A DNA stretch of 64,000 bases from Octopus sinensis (Eukaryota), in contig NC_043009.1 in assembly GCF_006345805.1 (NCBI RefSeq), forward strand, positions 42,036,001-42,100,000, given 5' to 3'. The notes under the pieces were generated by a model. It ran no database searches. It had not been told where the DNA came from and saw nothing but the letters and a program-made list of their open reading frames with translations. Numbering within the stretch: the stretch's first letter is position 1; every line of letters begins with the position of its first letter. The translations under genes were made by a program, and so were the position numbers. This document shows positions 15,004-28,734 of the stretch, piece after piece.

Positions 15004-15375
15004 GGAGGCGCAATGACCCAGTAGTTAGGTCAGCGGACTCGCGGGTTTCGATTCCCAGACCGGGCGTTGTGAGTGTTTATTGAGCGAAAACACTTAAAGC
15101 TCCACGAGGCTCCGGCAGGGGGTGGGGGTGATCCCTGCTGTACTTTTTCACCACAACTTTCTCTCACTCTTACTTCCTGTTTCTGTTGTACCTGTATTTC
15201 AAAGGGCCGGCCTTGTCACTCTCTGTGTCACGTTGAATATCCCCGAGAACTACGTTAAGGGTACACGTGTCTGTGGAGTGCTCAGCCACTTACACGTTAA
15301 TTTCACGAGCAGGCTGTTCCGTTGGTCGGATCAACCGGAACCCTCATCGTCGTAACCGACGGAGTGCTTCCATCC
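15004..15375 (+). mobile_element. Full-length tRNA-derived SINE family B
   Basis: A and B boxes are present. 10 bp TSD ATTTCAAATA at 14992-15001 and 15376-15385. Confidence 0.9.
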
Positions 15376-15746
15376 ATTTCAAATACGAGGCGGTTTCCAA
15401 GAGTTTGAAAGGTTTTTAGGACAGGCTGTTATCACTGTTCTCATCAACATCAAGACCCCTTAACTTTCATAGCCAGCCGTCGCCACTGGTCTCTGCTCTC
15501 TGTCATGCGTAATAGTGTCGCTGTGTTGTGACACGTCCAGTTCTTGATGTTGTAAAACCAGCATTTTCTTCGTCTGCCTCTCTTTCACCCTCCCTCAACT
15601 GTGCTCTGGCAACTGGTATTGGGCAGGGAATCGTGGTGGGATACACAACCGTACAAGGCAAGCTTCCATTTTGTTTTTTACCGACTTGCTATCTAACAAA
15701 GCTTCTCGTTTGACTCTGTGTTCTAGGTTATTGTAATTTTAGTATA

Positions 15747-16215
15747 TCATGGGTCCGGTTTCCCGGTTTCTGTAGCGTATGTGTTCCCCCTAGCTGGACG
15801 GGACGCCAGTCCATCGCAGCGTTACTCAAGAAACATGAAGAGAGAGTGAGAGAAATTTGTGGCGAGAGAGTACTTCAAGGGTCGCCACCACTCCCTGCTG
15901 AGCTGGAGGCGCACTGGCCCAGTGGTTAGGGCAGCGGACTCGTGGTCGGAGGATAGCGGTTTTGATTCCTCGACCGGGCGTTGTGTGTGTTTATTGAGCG
16001 AAAATACCTAAAAGCTCCACGAGGCTCCGGCAGGGAGTGGTGGTGACCCTTGAAGTACTCTCTCGCCACAACTTTCTCTCACTCTCTCTTCATGTTTCTT
16101 GAGTAACGCTGCGATGGACTGGCGTCCCGTCCAGCTAGGGGGAACACATACGCTACAGAAACACTGGGAAACCGGACCCATGACCCTAGCTAGACTTGAA
16201 AAGGGCGAAAAGAAG
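15747..16215 (+). mobile_element. SINE (B head, V-domain-like tail) preceded by an inverted copy of its own body
   Basis: Head starts at 15905. 15747-15898 is the reverse complement of 16030-16183 with 3 differences. GCGATGGACTGGCGTCCCGTCCAG resembles the V-SINE domain (from recall). Confidence 0.85.
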
Positions 16216-16479
16216 AATAAGCTGAGCCGCCGATGTTTGTTATACCAGATTGCTGTAACAGCACTTTGAACACACTATATTAAAATTACTTGTCATCCTA
16301 GTAAACACTAGTTTGCTGAATACAGTCAGGACCCGATGATAATTGTTAAGCTCACTATGCAATAGTGTTTTTTGTAAAACTGGAACTCTTCAGACTGCTT
16401 ATGGATTATCCAGTATGTACCCAGTATGTGTTTTTCACTGGTACGAAAGGGCAGACAAATCAGGTTCAGCTAGAAACAC

Positions 16480-17000
16480 ATGATTATCCCCCCTTTTTCA
16501 TACTAAGGGCATCCTCTACATCCAGTGGCTTCCCCCTCGTCAAACGTTGAACAAAGAGTGCTTTTGAAAAGGTTCAGAAAGAGATTTCGTCGCAAGATCC
16601 ACACCATCTGCACTAAGACAATGATCCAGCACACAATTCCATCCTGGAAAATCCAACTATTTGACATAAATGCGTATCTAAAGTATCCGTCGCCGTCTCT
16701 ACAGTCCAGACCTTGCCCTCTGTAAATTTCGTTTGCCCCGCCCCCTCCTTCCCACAAGCTGAAGGAGAACCTTGATGGAAGTCATTTTAAAGATACGAGG
16801 GTGACTGTAACAAGGCCTCTGAAGCGCTTCACTTTTTGAGGGCTTCTCTAGGGCTTTTATTTGGTGACTGGAGCGCTACAAAAACTGCACTGAAGTCAGA
16901 TGATCCTACTTCGAAGATTAGAGTTTTGTACTTCCTTCACATTAATAAATGTCTTTCCCTAAAAAGTGTCAAAACTTCACGATTTTTAAAAAACCGCCAA
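16480..17000 (+). pseudogene. Mariner (Tc1/mariner DD34D) transposase relic, C-terminal half
   Basis: Frameshifted translation gives FFHTKGILYIQWLPPRQTLNKE, H*DNDPAH, LYSPDLALC, KLKENLDGSHF and ERYKNCTEVR*SYFED*, matching the mariner HDNA/YSPDL motifs. Confidence 0.85.
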
Positions 17001-17990
17001 TCCACTACCTTAAAACATTGGGTTGATCTCGGTGAGATTTGAACATAGAACTTAAAGTGCTGAAGCAAATACTTCATAGAACATGTCCAACATTCTAACA
17101 ATTCTACCAATTCGACAAGTAAGAAACACTTTCATTTTAGGCAGAAGAACAGATGTTTTGGTGGAAATAAAATCGACCAAATACTTGACTGATACACTAT
17201 TTTTATCAACCACCAAGAGATTAAATGAATGAAGATTATTAAATTATGGCACAAAGCCAGCAATTTTAGAGATTGTAAGTCTCGACCCCAGTGTTCTACC
17301 GATAATTATTTTATCGCTTCTAAAGACAAAGGTAACCTCGGCAGAATTTAAGCTTAGCACGTAGATTCGGAAGACAATTCTTAAAAAATTGCCCGCCGTG
17401 AAAGTGATTCTGCGAGCTCGCAGAATAACAACAATGACTTCTAATTTAGGCCAAAACTTTTTAGTGGAGTGGTTACTCAAATAAATTGACCCTAATATTT
17501 CCATGTTACTTTCTTATACCGAATCCAAAAGGCAACTATGTCCTCGAACCGATTTTAAATCAGAATAAAATAAGGAAAGATAATTTTTCGACCCACCTCA
17601 ACGCTTTAGATTCTTATCTGGGCACCAGAGTAACTATTTTCTGGAGTCGAACTTAGTCGATTAAAACAAGATCAGAATTTTACTGGTGATTCATTATAAC
17701 GATACCCGATGCTCGAAGCGTAGATTTGACCCCAATGGGTTTTGTAACCAGAACGTAAAGAGCCGAACAAATGACGGAAGATCCTTCATCGGCTCACCAA
17801 TGGTTTGACTATGGAGCTAGACTAACAATTTTTAGAAGAGAAGCTTAGTCAAAAAGAACGAACCTAGAAGAATGAATGACAAAATTAACCGCGGCTGGAT
17901 TTGATATCAGAACGTAAAGAAACGGAACTAATATTACAAAATATGGCATTTTGTCAGACGTTTTAACGATTCTGCAATCCAAAATCTTTA
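16990..17990 (-). mobile_element. Cluster of several decayed SINE family A copies
   Basis: Repeated reverse-complement motifs TCGACC...GATTTGAAC..AGAACGTAAAG. Confidence 0.6.
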
Positions 17991-18606
17991 CGTCACCTAA
18001 GAAATAAAATAAAGATTTAGTTGGCTGTTGATATCTTGTTTATTTGCAAATGCAAAAACGGTATTTGTTTCCAAGCAGCATTATTGATATGTATTCATGA
18101 CTCTGTTCTCCTTTCAGATGCGAAAATACGAAATTTCCATAAGAGCACCAGATTATCGATAAGAACACACAACAAGACACATTATACGAATTACACAATA
18201 AGCGATGTATTTTAAGTGTCAAATATTTTAAGTGTTGGATTACATCATTCTTATCACTTGATATTTTCCATAAAACTCATCTGAAGTATTGGCCGAAATG
18301 TTAAACATACCCGACAGTATATCCAGTCAAGATATATCTATCTGAAAACGTCTTCTGCACAGATATTATATAAGAAACTGACCTTATAGCTTATAATGTC
18401 ACAGTTATCCATAACATAGCGTTTAAGTTATTATTACACTCAGATTCGTAAACCTAATTTTTCATTGTTCTTGAAAGTAATCTTCACCCAGGATGTAAGG
18501 AAAAGAATATATACATAAATATATACATACATACATAAATTACATACATTACATACATAATACATACATACATACATTACATACACACACACACACACAC
18601 ACACAA

Positions 18607-18672
<66 letters not shown>

Positions 18673-20241
18673 ATATATTATATATATATATTATATATAT
18701 ATATATATACCGCTCAGAGATATAATATAAAAAAACCTCTCTTATACACACACACTAACACTGACATGATAGATAAAGAAAGATTGATGGGGAAATATAT
18801 ATATATATATATATAGATATATATATATTATATTATATAGATATATATATATATATATAGATAGATAGATAGATAGATAGATAGACGGACGGACAGAGAG
18901 ATTCACACATAGTGAGCTATGAAGCTTCAAATGCACTCACATATTGTCTCACACATAAGTATAGTGTGTAGACACGCACAAACACACCGACACAGACACA
19001 CAGACACACACAGTCATATATTAAGAAAAAACAAAAAAAGAAAAAAAACTTGTGAAATACACCTAGCCAGGGTTTCCTAATTGAAAACAAAAAAAAACTG
19101 TTTTGCAATTGGATTCGATATAATCGAAGTTTGAACCAGCATGCGTATTTAGAAAAAAGACGGAGCGCAATAAAATCACGTGATCAACAACAAAATGGAT
19201 TACTTATTGTCTAGTAGATTATTTTGCATACGTTCAGATGTATTTTATAAAATGCGGACATAATGAAAAATTCTCCGGGTATTTTTACACTCGCTGGAGG
19301 TACTTAGGTTTATTTTACAAGATACAGTTTTTGAAGCGAGCATTCTGAACTTCTTTTTGACACATTCATGTAAACTTTCTTTTTTACAATGGATCGTCAA
19401 ATTATATGTTGTATTTGATGCACACGTCCTTAATTCTCCAGATTAATGCTGAGAGGGTTGTTGCATGTTACTTCTCGGAGTGTCTAAATACAAAAGATGG
19501 TTATTGTGTTTGGATTTAAATTTTACCGCCACTGATCATATATATAACATTTGGTTTCTCTCGGCCGATGTCATAGCTTGCCGATACCTGTACTTCATAA
19601 ACAAGGGAGGCTATGTAGCATATCTGTCTCAAAAGGAAATTTAGATTTATGCTTTCATGTGTATCCAAGACGCTTTCGTGCCATCGGATGCTTATTGAAT
19701 ACATCTTTACATTAGGAGGACATGAATACGTAAATTTAGATTGTGTGTTTATTGAATATCTTCCGATACCTAAGGCTGCTAGTAAAGTTATTATCTTATA
19801 AGAGAAATAATCTTCTACCTCTAATTGTTCAAAAATTTAGGACGAAAGGCGAAGAGAGTCATAAATTATTATGGCACCTTTTTCCCTACAACCAGATAAT
19901 TGAATAAGAGGAGGGTTATAATATATATATTTTTTATTCGTTAAGCCGCTATCCTGTAAAACCTTATTCCATGTGAATGCCTTTTCAAATATTTCGGTAT
20001 ATGGGTGTGCATTTATTTCTGTGGATAGTATATAACTATATATATATATATTTGTGTGTGTGTGTGTATGTATGTGTGTGTGTGTGTGTGTGTGCATAAC
20101 TATATATATATATATATAGACACATATTCACATAAATATATATATATATTTACACACATATATAAATATATATTATATATGTATGTATATGTGTGTGTGG
20201 ATATGTAGATATAAGTATATATAGGCAGGTATGTATATATA

Positions 20242-20290
<49 letters not shown>

Positions 20291-20750
20291 GTAATTAGAA
20301 ATAAACACACTATATGCAATTCAAACAATGATATGCATTACCAAAACATAAATAACAAATAAAAAATATTTTTATAAAACATATAACAAGATACCAAAAG
20401 TATAAAAATGAATAGTCAATATATAATAAGTAAAAAAACTACGTACGTTTCATGGCTATAATTAAATTCAAATTACAATTAAATTTAAATTTAATTGAAG
20501 TGAATTCAATTTAAATTTATAGTCAATCTTCAGGTTAACAATGTTAGTTAAATAAATAAGCAAATAGAGTTAAACAATATTTATTCAAAAAATATATAAA
20601 ATAATGATTTTTCTTGTAGAAGAAACTCCATTAACTATATTTGAAACTTAAAACATTAGATCAGTTTCCTACAATACATTTAATAAACTTTGTGGATGAA
20701 AGATCTGGCAACTTTTAAGAATTGTGATATTTCTAAATCACCATGCTCAC

Positions 20751-20820
20751 CTTTTATAATCACAATAACAGCATGCATCTTCCTTTCTTGAGTAAGCTGA
20801 GGGTCTGCCATTATTATTTT
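20751..20820 (-). CDS. Candidate 70 nt exon (KIIMADPQLTQERKMHAVIVIIK)
   Basis: Acceptor TAATCTTTGTTTCAG and donor AAG|GTGAGC. Two frames are open, and the ATG has an A(-3)/G(+4) context. No homolog recognised. Confidence 0.4.
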
Positions 20821-20916
20821 CTGAAACAAAGATTATACAGAGTTAGTAAAATATGCAACAATGACCCCAAAAAGGTATGTCCTCAAATACCTTACACACC
20901 TTGTATATGTATATTC

Positions 20917-21125
20917 ATTTACTCCTTTACTTGTTTCAGTCATTTGACTGCGGCCATGCTGGAGCACCGCCTATAGTCGAACAAATCGACTCCAGGTCTT
21001 ATCGTATTCTTTTTCAGCTTGTTACTTATTCTACTGGAGTCTTTTGAATAACCGCTAGGTTAAGGGGATGTAAAGGCACTAACATTGGTTGTCAAGTGAT
21101 GGTGAGGGTGGGGGCAAACACAGAT
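20917..21125 (-). mobile_element. SINE family C, 3' fragment
   Basis: CTTGTTTCAGTCATTTGACTGCGGCCATGCTGGAGCACC is shared with the other family C copies. Confidence 0.85.
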
Positions 21126-21134
21126 CACAGATAC

Positions 21135-21194
<60 letters not shown>

Positions 21195-21204
21195 GTAGCA
21201 GTGT

Positions 21205-21365
21205 GGTAAGAAGCGAAATGCTAGCGGTATTTTGTCTGCCATTATGTTCTGAGTTCAAATTCCGCCGAGGTCGACTTTGCCTTTCATCCTTTTTCGGGGT
21301 CGATAAACTAAGTACCAGTTGCGTACTTGGGTCGATGTAATCGACTTAATCCCTTTGTCTATCCT
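21205..21365 (+). mobile_element. SINE family A truncated by the gap
   Basis: Carries the family A consensus core. Confidence 0.85.
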
Positions 21366-21465
21366 NNNNNNNNNNNNNNNNNNNNNNNNNNNNNNNNNNN
21401 NNNNNNNNNNNNNNNNNNNNNNNNNNNNNNNNNNNNNNNNNNNNNNNNNNNNNNNNNNNNNNNNN
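21366..21465. other. Assembly gap (100 N)
   Basis: Run of N. Confidence 1.
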
Positions 21466-22034
21466 CTCAAGCTTTTCTCACGCTTTGTGGTATCTATTTT
21501 CTCACGCTTTTCAATACCAAATATATTTTCAAAAGGAGGTGCATCGCACTTTTGCATGTTATATGCAGGTATTTATGCAATGCCTACACACTTTACTGGG
21601 CCTCAAAGTTTCAGTATACCAGATTCTTAGCCTAAGAATTCAACTGAGTCCATTCACCAAAGGTACACAAGGGACCCGAGGTGCGTTGGTGGCTGGTCTC
21701 AAACTGGGTGATAAATGAAATGTACCATTCGAAGTAGGCTATGGTGCGATTAAACCGAAAACCGAAAAAAATTAACAGAACTGCAAGATAATTGTTATCA
21801 ACATCGAAATGAGAAAAGCAAAGCTGATCTGCCATTATTTGAACTCAAATTAAAGGGTAATACCACAATATATTCTCCGACATCCAAATAAGACATGAGA
21901 ACTTACGTTCCACTGCACTTTGATGTATGTCTTTAACATGACATCTAGAAATAACAGTCAAATTGCACGGTTTTATCTATTCCTCCATATACATACATAC
22001 ACACACATATGTGTGTATATATATATAAAATATT

Positions 22035-22232
22035 AAAATGGGACAACAAGATAGACGATACAAGGAAACAAGGACGGCTCATTCGAAGTTTTCTTTTCTC
22101 AGTCAAGTACCAGATTATCTTCGCAATCTCGACTGATTATACTTGAGATTGCTCCAATCTGGCCAGCCCCAAGGAAAAACTAAGCTAAGAGCATTAGATG
22201 CATAGGAAGAAATCAGCGAATGTATACAAAAA
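22035..22232 (-). repeat. Interspersed repeat E, embedded in (TA)n
   Basis: Reverse-complement homolog of 33635-33855. Confidence 0.75.
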
Positions 22233-22282
22233 CAAGGGCATAATTATATATATATATATATATATATATAGATTATATATAT

Positions 22283-22313
<31 letters not shown>

Positions 22314-23198
22314 GAGTGTTTCCGTGTGTGCATATGCGTGTGTATGTATATATACATATTATAGTATATTATTATCTCTTTCTCTCTCTCTTTTTCTGTA
22401 TATATATATATATATATATATCTGTAAAATTATAATAAATGTGAATATTGCAAATATTTGAAATTTCATATTTTCATAGACGCTCTCTGAATGACTAAAT
22501 AATTCGCTACGTACTTGATATGATGATACGATTCCAATACGTGGACCGTTTGGTAAATGTACTTGAGTAGATTAGGTCCTGTGTGCGAAAGTACATAGAC
22601 GAAAGCCTTATATAAGCCCTGCTCCCCTTCAGATAGACTACAGCTTTATTTCAAATGACCGAACTTCTACCCATATTTCGTTTTGGGATTTGGTTTGCAA
22701 GATTCTTTATATGAGTTCGTGTGTTGAAGCAATGTGTTAAGTCAAGACTATTGAAAAGGTTGCAAGACGCAACGAAAATTTCAGGAAAATAAAAATAAGA
22801 AATAAGTGGAAATTTTACCGGAGTGTGTGTTAAATTATAAGGCACAAAAAGAGAATGACTCTCCCCAGACACAACAGAATATTCTACCGATAGGTAACAG
22901 TAAAAGTACAGGAGTCTGCAAAATACCCAGGCGTCAATACTGAAAAGCAATGAATAAGCAGTTACAGTAACAGAACGTTTGAGGTATTCATTGTGGAAAC
23001 TGATACTATTATATTAGACGTTCATTGAATCCGGTGTCTATATATGAAGAACGATCGAGTAAACTTATTGTTAGCATGGCTAACTAAAAATAGACTTCTG
23101 TATGCATGTGTGTGTTTGTGCTGATTATGTAGGTCTCTATGTAAAATGGGCATAATATCATAATATACTGGTGTATCATAGGGAAGTGTTACGTCTAA

Positions 23199-23263
<65 letters not shown>

Positions 23264-23561
23264 GTGTGTGTGTGTTTGTGTGTGTATGAATGTATTTATG
23301 TATGTATGTGTGTATATGTATATACATATAAATATATACAAATGTATATATATAATATATATATATATATATATGTATGTATGCATGCATATATATATAG
23401 GCATACGCACATATGTATATATGTGTATGTGTATGAGTACATGTATATATATATATGTATGTGTATATATATATATATATATATAAATGCTTATGTATAC
23501 ACATACAAACATATATATATATAAATATACACACATATTTGTATGTATGTATATGTATATG

Positions 23562-23596
<35 letters not shown>

Positions 23597-24489
23597 ATAA
23601 ACGTCAATATCAAAGTTGTGTACAGTGCTTATGACTACATCTAATACGCATTTGTTAATTTTGTGTATTGAATGTAGATACGTGCGTATATGTGTGTGTG
23701 TAAGTGTGTGTATGTTTGTGTGTGTGTGTGCTTGCTTGTGCGTGAGTGTATACGTGCATGTGTTTCACACACACGTATGTAAGTTTACTTCATTAGAAAT
23801 TTCCAGAACCTAAAACAAAAGAACCGAGCGCTAATTCCGTCGTTCTTCGTCCGTAACAAAAGAATTGCAGATAAACAAACAAATAAATAAATAAACAACA
23901 CCAACAACAACCACAACAACACATTAAAAAAAAAATCTCTGCAAATATCTTCAATGATATTTGGAAAAATTTTCAGGCGAAAATTTTTCAAAAGATTTTA
24001 TTTAAAGAAAATATACATTGAATTAAAGTAAGTTGAAAGATGTTTTAAAGAGAATAGAGCTTTGAAAGAAATGGTGATAAAACAAATAAGAATTATTTTG
24101 TGAAATATTTCACATAACTTTTTGTTTTTTGTTTTTGTTTATGTTCTTTTACTTTTGTATTATGTTGTGTTGTTGTTTTGTTTCTATATGCCTCCAATTC
24201 ATTGGAGAATATAGATTTTGTGCAGCAAGTATTTCCAAACAGACATTTTACAATGCAATAATGATGATATATGCAGAATTCAGGTTTAATAATAATGGAA
24301 AACGATCAGAGAAGTAAAATGAAACTAAAATTTTTTAAAATTTCAAAAATTAAGAAAAATATAGACCTATTTTACGAAAACCATTCAATAAAACTGTTTG
24401 GGAAATGAATGTTTTATTTGTAAATCATTATAGTTAAATTTATTGTTATATTGTTGTTGTTATTGTTATTATTATTATTATCGTTGTTA

Positions 24490-25079
24490 AAGCGGCGAGC
24501 TGGCAGAATCCTTAGCACGAAATATTGCTAAGCATTTCGTCTGCTGCTACGTTCTGAGTTCAAATTCCGCCGAGGTCGACTTTGCCTTTCATCCTTTAGG
24601 GGTCGATTAAATAAGTACAAATTACGCACTGGTGTCGATGTAATCGACTTAATCCGTTTGTCTGTCCTTGTTTGTTCCCTCTGTGTTTAGTCCCTTGTGG
24701 GTAATAAAGAAATAGGTATTTCGTCTGCCGTTACGCTTTGAGTTCAAATTCCGCCGAGGTCGACTTTGCCTATCATCCTTTCGGGGTTGATTAAATAAGT
24801 ACCAGTTAAGCACTCGTATCGATATAATCGACTTAATCCGTTTGTCTGTCCTTGTTTGTGTTCTCTGTGCTTAGGGCCTTGTTTGTAGTAAAGAAATAGG
24901 TATTTCGTCTGCCGCTACGTTCTGAGTTCAAATTCCGCCGAGGTCGACTTTGCCTTTCATCCTTTCGGGGTCGATTAAATAAGTACCAGTTACGCACTGG
25001 GGGTCGATCTAATCGACTTAATCCGTTTGTCCTTGTTTGTCCCCTCTGTGTGTAGCCCCTTGTGGGCAGTAAAGAAATA
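24490..25079 (+). mobile_element. SINE family A trimer (head + 3 x ~184 bp)
   Basis: Units start at 24531, 24715 and 24899. Junction is AAAGAAATA|GGTATTTCGTC. Confidence 0.92.
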
Positions 25080-25987
25080 AGAATCGTTAGTCGCTGGGCA
25101 AAATAGCGGCACTTATGTTCTAATTTCAGATGCTACCGAGGTCGATTTTGACTTTCACCATTCCGGGTCCGATAAAAAAAGTACCAGTTAGACACTAGTG
25201 TTCGATGTACCGTATTTTATAGCCTATAAGTCCACGAATGCATAGGGTGCACCCTAGCCAAAGCTTTACTTTCGTAAAATGAATTACCACTAAGATAATG
25301 TTTTAATTCCTCCACTTACCTGTATAACTTTATGTTATTATCGGTAATTATAGGCAATTTATTGCATCCACATTTGATATAAACATAACGTAGGCGATTG
25401 TTCACCAATAGATGGCAGCACACGTTTTGTAAACATACCGTTTTGAGCGAGTTTTGAGCCTATATTGAGTGCACTGGACGTAGGAGGATTTTTAAAGCCA
25501 TCAAATACGGTAATTGATTTACCCTCCCCCCTAACTTGTTGGCTTAGTGCCAAAATTTGAAATCACTATTTTCATTATTGTTGTTGCTGTTGCTGTTATT
25601 TTTATAATTACTGTTTCACTCCAGATCAGATACTCTCTCTATTCGACAGACCTATTATGAAACCGTTTGAAATCATGGCCATCAGAAACTTGCGTTTCTT
25701 TTTCTAGCAATTATGTGCTCTCCTGTCCAAAGTAGGAGACTCCAGTTGTTTGGTCAACTAGACGACCAACTCATTGAATCAACAGAGTACAAAGCGACTG
25801 AGTATTCCACAAACATGACACAAATGTGATGAGGCTGAGTTTTGAATTATAGCTACATACTATTCGACTGCCATCTACACAATTGTAGTTTCCCAATTTC
25901 ATTCACAAGGTTTAGGTTAAACCGTGGCTATGGCAACGGCACTCACCTAATGTGTCACATATATACAAAACAAAAATCGTAAAAATT

Positions 25988-26892
25988 ATGGAAAATTTGT
26001 TGGCCAGTTTGCTCGAGTTGCAAAATCAGCAGCAACAACTGAAAGAACAACAACAATTACAACAACAACAACTGCTGCTTCAATGTCACGGGGACTCTAT
26101 TGTTGTGGAGTAAAAGTTGGAAATTAGACTGGCTACAGCTGCAAGTGAGTACGGTGTATCAGCCGTACTTCTGCACAAATACGACAATGGCAGTGAAAAG
26201 GCTATAGCCTATGCGTCAATGTCGTCATTGCCAGCTGAAAATAATTATAGTCAGATAGAAAAAGAGGCATTAGCAGACATAGTTAGTGTCAAGAAGTCCC
26301 ATAGATTTATCCATGGAAGATGTTTCTGTTTGCAAACAGAGTATTGCCGACTGCCGACAATATATGGTTCCAAAAAAGGAATCCCAATGCCTGAGGCAAA
26401 TTGACTATAGAGATGGGGCATTATAGCATTAAATTATGACTACAGAATAGAGTATTTACCGTCGAAAAACTATGGCATGCGGATGATTTGTCCAGACTGA
26501 TACCAAAACATGGCGAGCCATTCGAAGAGACGGTAATCACAGCTTTAAGAGCTGAATGTGACATTAAAAAAATGAGATGTGGAAGGTGGTACGAGAGTTG
26601 CAGGTGAATCTGGAGGATATAAAGCGGAATGCGATAAAAGAGAGGTTTATGAAGGAAACAAAAGAACATTGTGGTCAGCAAAAGAACATTGTGGTCAGCA
26701 AAAGAAAACAGCAACATGTTTGGTACCAAACGAAACCAAGACGTGAATCCATACTCAATGTGTGATGACGTACAGATGTATGCACAGAGAGTAATGATAC
26801 CGGAAATACTACAAAAGAAAATGTTGAGAGAATTTCACGTCGGACATCTTGGTATTTCAAGGATGAAAGATTTAATGCGTAGTTACGTATAG
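25988..26892 (+). pseudogene. Internally deleted Gypsy LTR retrotransposon (gag start, RNase H, start of integrase Zn-finger)
   Basis: Translates as MENLLASLLELQNQQQQ; LATAASEYGVSAVLLH...AIAYAS...NYSQIEKEALA; RWGIIALNYDYRIEY; RVMIPEILQKKMLREFHVGHLGISRMKDLMRSYV. Confidence 0.9.
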
Positions 26893-27849
26893 CTAAAAAG
26901 AGGTAACCGTGTAAGATATTATAATATGAAGATACGAAGGACTATTTGTTTATACACCACAAACACAGACTTAATTTATCCATATTCACACAACATACCC
27001 ATACATATAGATATGCAATACATACACACATATATATATGTGTGTGTGTGTGTATGTGTGCACATACATAAATGCATATATGCATATATATATACATCTA
27101 TAAGAAAATAAGTTAAAATAACATAAGCATAAAATAGCATGATCACACATATATATATATATATATATATTTATACATATGCACACACATACATACACTT
27201 TTATCTAATATATATACGCACACACTAGCACACATACTTATGAACAGCTATACACATACATACATATACCTACACACTTGCATATACATATATATATATA
27301 TATATATGCATATATACATATATACACACACACATTTATACATACACCCACACATATATATATCTATATATGCATACACACATACACATACATACATAAA
27401 TATATACATACAAGCATAGATACATGCATGCGTATACAACCTTTTTTGTGAACATCCATATGTATATATAGATGCATGTTTGTGTGTGTGTGTCTACGCA
27501 TCTATATGTATATGTATATACGTATCTACAAATCGAAATGTTTTTAGCAATTTTACCTCTATTTCGTTCTTTATATATATATATTTCAAAATTTCGCCGC
27601 CACTATTTACTGAACTCCTGCTCCACCGGAGTCAATAAGACTGTGAAAGTATTGTATTGATTAGCCGAAAGCAAGAGAATGGGAGAAAAGAAGGCTCCAA
27701 ATATAATGACAAGGATTGGAAATTGGTTGAAGTGAAGCATTCTATGAGGATCGTGTTATTTTTCCACTTGGTTGACATATCTAAGCTCTTCCGAGCACCA
27801 GCTTTCATTGTTCCGTAGGTCACATTTATAGCTGTTTTGAAAAGGGCTT

Positions 27850-28335
27850 CTTGCTGTTGTTGTTGTTGTTGTTGTTGTTGTTATTGTTGTTGCTGTTGTC
27901 GCTTGTATTAAGGAGATATCATGGCGTTCATTTGAACCGTTTAATTATTTCTACAATTTCATGATGGTGATAAATAAGAATAGAAATATTTCATTCGCAA
28001 TGCTGCTGTTGTTGCTGTCGTTGTTGCTTTTGTCGTCGTTGTTGTTGTTGTTGTTGTTGTTGATGATGATGATGATGATGATGATGTTGATGACGACGTG
28101 ATTATAGGTGATTATAGGATGAGGATGACGACAATGCCGATGAAAATGTTTAAAGATGGTGTTAGAGTTGACAACGCCGGTGGTGGTGGTGGTGGTGGTG
28201 CTGCTGCTGCTGCTGCCGCTGCTGCCGCCGATGATGATGATGATGATGATGATGACAACACCGATGACGTCGATAACGACGATGATCCTGATGATGATGA
28301 TGGTAATGATGACGACGATAATGATGATGTCCAAG
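27850..28335. repeat. Compound (GTT)/(GAT)/(GGT)/(GCT) trinucleotide array
   Basis: Read directly from the sequence. Confidence 0.9.
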
Positions 28336-28734
28336 TGGAAGATGGGGAAAAACCTATGACCCTTTATAGAACAGGTGTGGTTGGGATGGAAATAAAAACC
28401 TGACTCATGGGATGCTGTTGCGAGTTAGCCTGAAATGGCCCCTAATCAAATAAGCCTACATTCCGTTTTCCTTACTGAAGACGGTTGGATGTTTATTTCA
28501 TCAAACTGGACGGCCACATCGAGGTGTCTTCGTTGGTTTGCGTCCCGAGGTTGTATTTTCTAAACTTATTAAATCATGACCAAGGAAATTGAGCCATAAA
28601 ACATTAGATTATTTTCCCAAGTCCTTCATTGATGCTTTTCGAGTTATATATATGGCTTGCAAGTTATATATATGAACCAAACATACAATACACACCTGTC
28701 AATGGTAAGGGAGTATGACTCGGTGCCGTGTAAC

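Noticed and set aside
15004-15080. tRNA genes at SINE heads (also 41072, 40089, 57352)
   Set aside because: They have A/B boxes but no complete cloverleaf, and they continue into SINE bodies with TSDs.
18118-18210. Strong plus-strand acceptor followed by a short ORF (similar cases at 19441, 30330, 46400, 59029)
   Set aside because: Isolated splice-like signals are expected by chance in 64 kb, with no convincing donor or recognisable peptide.
24531-25079. CRISPR-like regular array
   Set aside because: The units are whole 184 bp SINE bodies with no unique spacers, the context is eukaryotic, and there are no cas genes.
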